Assembly: GCA_965204535.1 (NCBI GenBank)
Contig: OZ241996.1
Location: 960,001 to 1,024,000, forward strand
From: a bacterium
GTDB lineage: Bacteria; UBA8248
Length of the DNA: 64,000 nucleotides
Direction: 5' to 3'
Notes under the pieces: generated by a model
Database searches by the model: none
The model's input: only the letters and a program-made list of their open reading frames with translations
Told to the model about the DNA's origin: nothing
Translations under genes and position numbers: made by a program
Shown here: positions 19,740 through 26,975 of the stretch, one piece after another
How the letters are laid out: every line of letters starts with the position of its first letter
Numbering within the stretch: position 1 is the stretch's first letter

Positions 19740-20405
19740 GGTGAGGGGTCAAACGCCAGCGAGAAGCGAGCGTTTGACGCGATTGAGGAAACCAACCCCT
19801 CTCGCTCTCTCTCGCCTTGAAAAGCAACCCCCCCTCGTCAGGGGACAAAGGCAACCCCCCCTACCCCCCCTTGTCAGGGGGGTAAAAAAGGCCGACGCCC
19901 CGGCAAGTGGAGGATATGAAAAAAGCCGACGCCCGCCGCCGGGCCAGGGGTTTTGATTTTTCTTACCCCCCTGTCAAGGGGGGGTAGGGGGGGTTGCCTT
20001 TATACCTGACAATGGGGGGAGTGAATTCCCGAACGACAAGGCTCCCGTAGGGGCGGCCCCCTGTGGCCGCCCGTATCGAAGATGTCTGCGCCCGCGGCCG
20101 CCCCACATCAGGACAGGCACGGGGGCCACGGACAGGCACGGGGGCCTGTCCCTACGGTGAACAATTCGATGATCGGGATTCCTTCCCCACCGGAGGGTTT
20201 TTCAACAGCCCCCTCAAGGGGGGAGTGATTCCCGAACGACAAGGCTCCCGTAGGGGCGGCCCCCTGTGGCCGCCCGTATCGAAGATGTCTGCGCCCGCGG
20301 CCGCCCCGCATCAGGACAGGCACGGGGGCCTGTCCCTACGGAGCCCCGAAACGCTCCCTCCCCAATCGCGTCAAACGCTCATTCATCAATCGGGTTTGAC
20401 CCGCA
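19740..20405. repeat. Repeat mosaic: C-rich inverted pair, duplicated REP doublets, TCAAACGC..GTTTGAC hairpins
   Basis: Inverted pair about 19851-19996; near-duplicate units starting about 20015 and 20220; hairpins at 19748 and 20371. Confidence 0.8.
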
Positions 20406-20484
20406 ATCCCCGATGCTTCATAATCGAACCATATCCGAACCGCCCGGCGCGCAGCGCAAGTTGCCCGCAAGTTGAAATAAAGGG

Positions 20485-20514
20485 TTGACAAAAGCGGAAA
20501 ACTTGCCGCACTAT
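20485..20514 (+). promoter_or_regulatory. Putative sigma70 promoter for the lipoprotein transcript
   Basis: TTGACA-N18-CACTAT preceded by an A-rich tract. Confidence 0.45.
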
Positions 20515-20690
20515 CATGGAAGTCAAGGAATACGCGAGAGTAGTCGCCTTCAGGGCCGCCCGCTCGAAGCAACGCGGATTTCTCCCGGAAGACGGAGCGG
20601 GCGGAAGCCCACGGGAGGAGCCTGCTCTCACGAATCGCCTGACAGCCCGGAAGACGACGACCCAGAAGGTTCCGGGCGCTTGCAGCAGAC

Positions 20691-21234
20691 ATCACGAGGC
20701 CAGAGGACTCAACCCACGGCGAACCACGCCACCCATCCCCTCCAGTCTCGTGAACGGCAAGGCCCGGCGGCCCGCGCAGCAGGCGGCGCTCAGGCCGGGA
20801 ACGGCAAGCCCGGCGAAAGCCGGAAGACGGAATATCACGAGGCCAGAGGACTCAACTCATGATGCGCCACGCCGCAAATCCCTCTCCAGTCTCGTGAACG
20901 ATTCAGGGCAAGGCCCGGCGCGAGCCTGAAACGAAAAATTCGGCTCGGGGCCAGGAAGTTTTTTATCGCGAGGCTGGAGGACTCAAACATCATGAATCCT
21001 GACCAGAATCCCACACCAGTCTCGTGGATAAGCCGGCCACCGGCCCGGGCGCGTGAGTCCGGGTCGGCGGCCGCGCGCTCCGGCCCCGGTTCGATGAAAC
21101 GATGAAACGATAGAAGCCCGAAAACGAAGGATAAGGAAAGTCGGAAAGTCAAAGAAAGGAGGTCGAATCCGAACACTTCAAAGTTTTGTTGGTTGCAAAG
21201 CTCTTTAATATCACGAGACTAGGAGGACTCAAAA
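20691..21234 (+). repeat. Array of four ATCRCGAG..GAGGACTCAA motifs; the first three are each followed by a complementary CCAGTCTCGTG
   Basis: Copies at 20691, 20834, 20965, 21210; anti-motifs at 20742, 20886, 21016; copy 4 is the RBS of the lipoprotein gene. Confidence 0.85.
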
Positions 21235-21237
21235 GTG

Positions 21238-22848
21238 ATGAAACTCACCAGCAACAAAATCTTTTCATTCATGCTGGCGGCGGCCTTCGCGCTGACGCTG
21301 GCCGGCTGCGGCGGCGGTGGCGGCAGCACTACGCAAACGCCGACCGATATGCCCGACCCGCAAGCGGCATGTGAAGCCGATGGCGGCGAATACAGGGACG
21401 GGACTTGCGTCACGGCCGCAGAACTGACGGCGGAGCGCATGGCTTCGCAGCGCATGGCCATCGACACGGCGATCGATGCGGCCGAAACCGCGGTTGCCGG
21501 GATCGACGACGATTCCACGGATTCGGAAGTCACCGCCGCCAACATGGCGGTCGCGGCTGCCCGGACGGCGATCTCGGATGCGGCCGATCTTCCGCAGGCC
21601 GAGAAGGACGCGAACACCGGAACGGTCGACGCGATTGCCAACCGGCTCTCTGCCGCCCTGGAAAGCCGCATGGCCGCCATGGACGATGAGCAGAAGGCCG
21701 CGGATGCGGCCATGATGGCGACGGCCCTGAAGCTGCACGCGGGCCTCGAGCACGGCCTTGGCGATACCGACAACGTCCGAACCGGCGCAAGTGACGCCGA
21801 CGGCGTCATCAGCGTGACTATCGGCACGGCCAACGCCGTCCCACTGGCGGAAGACAAGGATACGACGGTCGCCGCCAACCACGGCTGGACAGGCAAGAGG
21901 CACACGGCCGAGCCCACGGGTGATGTCGGCACGTACGAGGCGTATGTCTACTCGAACGTCGGCACCGGGACGGAGGGCGACCCGTTCAATGAAGAGTACA
22001 CGCTGAACGCAGACGGCGAAACAGGGGATATCACTGCCCTCGCTGGCTATGTTACGGGCCGCGTCGCCAGCCCGAACTTCGACCAGTCCGCCGGCAGCAA
22101 ACTATTCAAGTTGCCGACCAATGCGGTCCGGGTGCTGGTTGCCGGCAGCTATCACGGGGTGTCGGGCACCTATTACTGCACCCCCACCAGCGGTGAGACG
22201 TGCTCCGCTACCATAGCCGTAAGCGGTTTCACGCTTGCGGGCGGGACCTGGTCGTTCAAGCCCACCACCGCGACGGCCAGGGTCACGACCGTGGCGGACA
22301 CGATTTATGCTTCCTACGGCTGGTGGCTCCACAAGTCCGAGGACGGCAACACCTTCACCGCGAGCGCTTTCGCGACGGCCAGGGGCACCGTCCCGGCCGC
22401 CACGGGCATCGATACCCTGCGTGGAACGGCGACATACATGGGCGGCGCCGCCGGCAAGTACGCGCTCCACAGCGCCACCGGGGGGACGAACGACGCCGGC
22501 CACTTCACCGCGCGGGCGACGCTCGAAGCCGATTTCAACGCCGACATGATCACGGGCACCATCGACCAGTTCATGGGCGCGGACGGTGAGTCTCGGAACT
22601 GGTCCGTCGAGTTGAAGAAGTCCGGCGTCGGCGCTGGCGGGGCCATTACCGGTAGCGACGGCACCGGCGATCCGATGCAGACGGTCTGGACCATCGACGG
22701 GACGGCCGCGGCCGCCGCCGGCCAGTGGTCCGGTACTCTCTACGACAACGGCGACGACGGCGTTCCGAAGGTCGGGACCGGCACGTTCCATTCGACGTAC
22801 AGCACGTCCGGCAGGATGGTCGGCGCGTTCGGCGTGGACAAGCAGTAG
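21238..22848 (+). CDS. Surface lipoprotein with Ala-rich helical stalk and C-terminal TbpB/fHbp-like beta-barrel
   Basis: Lipobox LAGC followed by GGGGG; AGGAGG RBS; GTATYMG, LEADF, ITGTI, GQWSG, MVGAFG at the C-terminus. Confidence 0.78.
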   Translation: MKLTSNKIFSFMLAAAFALTLAGCGGGGGSTTQTPTDMPDPQAACEADGGEYRDGTCVTAAELTAERMASQRMAIDTAIDAAETAVAGIDDDSTDSEVTAANMAVAAARTAISDAADLPQAEKDANTGTVDAIANRLSAALESRMAAMDDEQKAADAAMMATALKLHAGLEHGLGDTDNVRTGASDADGVISVTIGTANAVPLAEDKDTTVAANHGWTGKRHTAEPTGDVGTYEAYVYSNVGTGTEGDPFNEEYTLNADGETGDITALAGYVTGRVASPNFDQSAGSKLFKLPTNAVRVLVAGSYHGVSGTYYCTPTSGETCSATIAVSGFTLAGGTWSFKPTTATARVTTVADTIYASYGWWLHKSEDGNTFTASAFATARGTVPAATGIDTLRGTATYMGGAAGKYALHSATGGTNDAGHFTARATLEADFNADMITGTIDQFMGADGESRNWSVELKKSGVGAGGAITGSDGTGDPMQTVWTIDGTAAAAAGQWSGTLYDNGDDGVPKVGTGTFHSTYSTSGRMVGAFGVDKQ

Positions 22849-22863
22849 CAGCGAAGAGCACGA

Positions 22864-22905
22864 CGCCTCAGGCTTCCGGGGCTTCACGGCCCCGGGGCCG
22901 GGGCG
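22864..22905 (+). terminator. GC-rich hairpin after the lipoprotein gene (no U-tract)
   Basis: CGCCTCAGGCTTCCGGGGC-TTCACG-GCCCCGGGGCCGGGGCG. Confidence 0.45.
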
Positions 22906-23070
22906 TGTGTCTGATAAGCAAGTCGGAAACAGGAAAGGGCAGGTTGCCGGGAAGGAGCGAGTGACCTTTGGGGGTTACTCATTGGTTGCTCTACATCGTC
23001 GGGAGCAAATTGTACCGGCCCATTCTACAGAGTTTGAGTCCTCTCGGTGTGGGACGGGAACAATGAGTAA

Positions 23071-23276
23071 CCCCCAGCCACTGCCGGCTCGTATGGGAGG
23101 GGAACAATTCAAACGCTCGTTCATCAATCGCGTTTGACCCCCAACCACTGCTATCGTATGGGAGGGGAACAAATCAAACGCTCATTCACCAATCGCGTTT
23201 GACCCCCAGCCACTGCTATCGTGTGGGAGGGGACAAATCAAACGCTCATTCACCAATCGCGTTTGACCCCCAGCCA
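23071..23276. repeat. Three tandem 64-67 bp repeats, each with a TCAAACGC/GCGTTTGA hairpin
   Basis: Units 23071-23137, 23138-23202, 23203-23266 plus a partial copy. Confidence 0.9.
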
Positions 23277-23330
23277 TTCCTATAGCTGGTTTCCCGGCGT
23301 TTGGCAACCCCAGGCAGGACGGATTCGAAG

Positions 23331-23362
23331 AGGCGGTCCCGGAAGAGGGGCCGCCTTTTTTT
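23331..23362 (+). terminator. Rho-independent terminator
   Basis: AGGCGGTCCC-GGAAGA-GGGGCCGCCT followed by a T tract. Confidence 0.75.
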
Positions 23363-23502
23363 GTTGGGTGTGGGAAAATCCTCCTCGGCCGGAATTGACC
23401 ACCGCCGTGGTTTCGGCCACCGACCCCGTAGGGGCGGCCCCCCGTGGCCGCCCTGCCCCCTGTGGCCGCCCCGCCCCCCGTGGCCGCCCGTGTTGAAGGT
23501 GT

Positions 23503-24099
23503 CTACGCCCGGTTTGCCGGGTTGTATTCATCGAGCGCCCATTTCAATGGGTTGTTCCGGATGTATTCCCGGATGCGGTTCAGATCGTCATCGCCCCGGA
23601 TGACGCGGTCGTAGAACGATCGTTGCCATAGTTTCTTGTCAAACGGTTTCCATTCACCATCCTTGACGTTCGCCATGTATCTATGGGTCGTCAAGGATTT
23701 GAACCGATGCACAATGTCGGATAACGACATCGTAGGGACAACCCCCCGTGGTTGTCCCACCCCCCGTGGTTGTCCCGCCCCCCGTGGTTGCCCTGCATCA
23801 GGACAGGCACGGGGGCCTGTCCCTACGGTTCCGCGGGGAAATTCGTTTCCCGTAATAACGATGACGCCGTGGACGTGATTGGGCATGACCTGAAATTGAT
23901 CCGTCTCGACACCGCGATAGAATTCCGGCAATTCATTCCAGGTTCTTTCCACCATCCGCCCCGCCTCGCTCAAAACTATCTCACCGCCGATGATTTCACC
24001 GAACAATTCTTCTCTGCTTTGCGCGCAAATCGTCACGAAATAACACCCATCTTCTGAATAATCGCATCCCTCCAACCTGTTCGCCTTCCTGTCTTTCAT
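23503..24099 (-). CDS. REP-associated tyrosine (HUH/Y1) transposase, RAYT
   Basis: DYS..GCYFVTIC, VMPNHVHGV (HUH), FKSLTT, LWQRSFYDRVIR, YIRNNP; flanked by GTAG REPs. Confidence 0.92.
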   Translation of the reverse strand: MKDRKANRLEGCDYSEDGCYFVTICAQSREELFGEIIGGEIVLSEAGRMVERTWNELPEFYRGVETDQFQVMPNHVHGVIVITGNEFPRGTVGTGPRACPDAGQPRGAGQPRGVGQPRGVVPTMSLSDIVHRFKSLTTHRYMANVKDGEWKPFDKKLWQRSFYDRVIRGDDDLNRIREYIRNNPLKWALDEYNPANRA

Positions 24100-24129
24100 T
24101 TCCAGGAACCCCGTTTTTCATTCCGGCCA

Positions 24130-24445
24130 CCGACCCCGTAGGGGCGGCCCCCCGTGGCCGCCCGTCGGTCGTATTCACCTCGATACAGGAAAGACACAAA
24201 GGGCCCCGGACAGGCACAGGGGCCTGTCCCTACGGGCGGTGAGGTTTCCGCTCGATATCGATCCCGTAGGGGCGGCCCCCCCGTGGCCGCCCGTGTTGAA
24301 GATGTCTACGCCCGTGGTCGCCCCACATCAGGACAGGCGCGGGGAGGACAGGCACGGGGGCCTGTCCCTACGGTTACGTCCTGCCGATGTGGAAATATAA
24401 TCCCGTTGCGTGGCGTACAGGCGCAGAGGCCTGTCCCTACGGAGT
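24130..24445. repeat. GTAG-REP cluster upstream of RAYT
   Basis: GTAGGGGCGGCCCCCCGTGGCCGCCC and GGACAGGCAC(A/G)GGGGCCTGTCCCTAC copies in alternating orientation. Confidence 0.85.
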
Positions 24446-24449
24446 TCGA

Positions 24450-24749
24450 CTACCTGGTTCGTTTGATGAGTTCGCGCAGGGAGGCCATGGCCTCCTCGTG
24501 CCTGCGGACGCCGTCTTCCTCCCTTCGGCGGATATCCTCCATCGCCTCCTCGTGCCTGCGCTTGGAATCTTCCTCCCGGCGGCGGGATTCGGCCATCGCC
24601 TCGTCGTGTTTGGCCATCGCCTCAAGGTGCTTGCGTTCCGAATCGACGGTGCGCATGGCGGCGTTCCTGTCCATCGTGCGGATGCCGTGGTAGATGAGGC
24701 CGAGGCCGCCGTAGGAGGCGATGAGGTTGAGGTATTCGTACGTCGTCAT
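24450..24749 (-). CDS. Small protein with N-terminal hydrophobic segment and repeated coiled-coil
   Basis: 99 aa; GC-rich third codon positions; RRREEDxxRRHEEAM repeated. Confidence 0.6.
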   Translation of the reverse strand: MTTYEYLNLIASYGGLGLIYHGIRTMDRNAAMRTVDSERKHLEAMAKHDEAMAESRRREEDSKRRHEEAMEDIRRREEDGVRRHEEAMASLRELIKRTR

Positions 24750-24860
24750 GTTTTTCCCCGGGGTGGGCCGTGCGGAACTCTCGTGGACGCGCAGTATAAA
24801 AAGAGGTTCCGCGCGTCGTCAAACGTCCGCGCGCCCGTCCTTTCGCGCCCGCCCGTGGTC

Positions 24861-25002
24861 CGTCATTCCGGCGAATGCCGGAATCCAGGCGGACATGAGT
24901 GGAAGAAAGTCCATCATTCGGCGATCCGATACGGGCGGCGGGATTTCTTGAACCCCGGGTTCTCTCATCGGCTCTGGATTCCGGCTCAAGGCCGGAATGA
25001 CG
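24861..25002. repeat. CGTCATTCCGGC-family inverted repeat pair
   Basis: CGTCATTCCGGCGAATGCCGGAATCCA ... TGGATTCCGGCTCAAGGCCGGAATGACG; a related pair at 35679-35821. Confidence 0.8.
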
Positions 25003-25029
25003 GCAATGGGATTCCGCCTTGCCCTGAAA

Positions 25030-25735
25030 AGCAACCCCCCCTTGAACAGGACATCCTATAAAGGCAACCCCCCTTGACAGGGGACAAAGGCAACCCCCCC
25101 TACCCCCCCTTATCAGGGGGGTAAGAAAGAGCAAAACCCCCTCGGCCCGGTGGGAGCGCATTGCCTTTTTATACCCCCCTGTCAAGGGGGGGGTAGGGGG
25201 GGTTGGTTTTCGGGGCGGGGGCGCAATTCCCCGCATTTGCCGTGCGTTCCCGAACTGCGGATCCGCTATCGTGCGCGCAAAGCGGGGAAACGGCGATCCC
25301 TGATTGATCGGGATCGATCTTCCCAGGGAGAGGAGGCTTTCTGATGGAATCGGGCGAGCGGGCGGGGGTGAATGCGGCGGTGAACGCGCTTTCGCCCATC
25401 GTTTCGGCCACCGACTTCGTAGGGACAGGCCCCTGTGCCTGTCCTCGCGTTTCGGCCACCGACCCCGTAGGGACAGGTCGCGACCTGTCCCTACCGATGC
25501 GGGAGCATGTTGGTTCCGTAGCGGGACAACCCCCTGTGGTTGTCCCGCCCCCCGTGGCCGCCCGTATCGAAGATGTCTACGCCCGTGGCCGCCCCATATC
25601 AGGACAGGCGCGGGGAGGACAGGCACAGGGGCCTGTCCCTACGGTTACGTCCTGCCGATGTGGAAATATAATCCCGTTGCGTGGCGTACAGGCGCGGGGC
25701 CTCGGACAGGCACGGGGGCCTGTCCCTACGGTTAC
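25030..25735. repeat. Repeat mosaic (C-rich inverted pair, GTAG REPs, ~140-bp copy of 24281-24424)
   Basis: Inverted pair about 25090-25205; shared segment ...GGTTACGTCCTGCCGATGTGGAAATATAATCCCGTTGCGTGGCGTACAGGCGC. Confidence 0.8.
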
Positions 25736-25986
25736 GCCCTGCCGATATGGACGCGGGAGGAGCACGGAAATGAAAATAATGATATTTCCCGTAAAATTCC
25801 ATAAATTCACGGGGTTTTTCCATAAATTCCTGAAATTGTTCGAGGCGGAAACTATCTTGATTATTTGCCGTGATTCAAAGATATGCCGGGATATGTTAAA
25901 GTATCACTTCAGGAAATTACGGAAATTTACGGAATTAAAAAAGTTTTTCCGGATCCTGCATTTGCCCGCAATTGCCCGCGCGGGCC

Positions 25987-26520
25987 TCACGCCCGCTCCA
26001 GCCACACGCCGTCCTCGCCGTCGACCTCGCGGGTCCGCACCCGGATGCGCTCGGCGGGCGCGGTGGGCACGTTCTTGCCGATGAAGTCGGGGCGGAAGGG
26101 GAGCTCGCGGTGGCCCCGGTCGATGAGGGCGGCGAGCCATATCTTGCGCGGGCGGCCCAGCTCCATCAGGGCGTCGATGGCCGCGCGCGCCGTCCGGCCC
26201 GTGAAGAACACGTCGTCGACCAGGAAGACGCCCCGGCCCGTCAGGTCGAAATCGATGAGGGTGCGCTCGAAGCCGCGCCCCTGGGCGGGGTGGCCGCCGT
26301 CGTCGCGGTGGAGCCCGATGTCGAGCGCGCCCAGAGGCGGCGAGACGCCCTCCATCTCCTCGATGTGCCCCGCCAGGCGCCGCGCGAGCGGCTCCCCCCG
26401 GGTGAGCACGCCGATGAGCGCTACGTCCGCCGCCGCCGCGCACGCCTCGGCCATCTCGGAGGCGATCCTCCTGAGCGAGCGTTCGAGTTCCGGCGCCGTC
26501 ATGATGGCGATTCGCGTCAT
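25987..26520 (-). CDS. pyrR: PyrR-family regulator / uracil phosphoribosyltransferase (stand-alone paralog)
   Basis: RRIASE, IGVLTRG, LDIGLHRDD, LVDDVFFTGRT, DRGHRELP..PDFIGKNVPT. Confidence 0.85.
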   Translation of the reverse strand: MTRIAIMTAPELERSLRRIASEMAEACAAAADVALIGVLTRGEPLARRLAGHIEEMEGVSPPLGALDIGLHRDDGGHPAQGRGFERTLIDFDLTGRGVFLVDDVFFTGRTARAAIDALMELGRPRKIWLAALIDRGHRELPFRPDFIGKNVPTAPAERIRVRTREVDGEDGVWLERA

Positions 26521-26644
26521 GGGGGTGTCCAGCGTCGGCGGAAAGCGGGTTCACGCCATCCTAGCGCCGATGGGCGCGCGGATCAATCAACGACCCCCGG
26601 AGGGCGGGTGTTGGAAATCCCTTGAAGCGGTGGGGGCGCGATGG

Positions 26645-26975
26645 TTCTGTAGGGACAGGCCCCTGTGCCTGTCCTCATGATGAAGCGCAACCACGCGGAT
26701 GGACATACCCGATACGGGCGGCCACGGGGGGCCGCCCCTACGGGGCGGTGCCTCTTCGATCAGTTTGGTTGCCCTCTCGACTGGAAAAGTAACCCCCTTG
26801 AAAGGGAAACCCCATAAAACCAACCCCCCCCTACCCCCCCTTGTCAGGGGGGCAAGAAAAAGCAAAGCCCCTCTACCCGGCGGGGGGATATCGCCTTTTT
26901 ATACCCCCCTGACAAGGGGGGGTAGGGGGGGGTTGCCTTTGTCCCCCGGCAAGAGGGGCTTTCTCAACAACCCCC
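26645..26975. repeat. REP doublet and C-rich inverted pair
   Basis: GTAGGGACAGGCCCCTGTGCCTGTCC; pair about 26821-26936. Confidence 0.75.

Noticed and set aside
20691-21030. CRISPR or integron attC interpretation of the leader array
   Set aside because: Repeats are split and degenerate, the period of 130-145 nt is too long for CRISPR, there are no RYYYAAC/GTTRRRY boxes, and no cas or integrase gene. Kept as an unexplained array.
23071-23276. Possible CRISPR array
   Set aside because: Whole ~65-bp units repeat with no unique spacers, and no cas genes are in the window.
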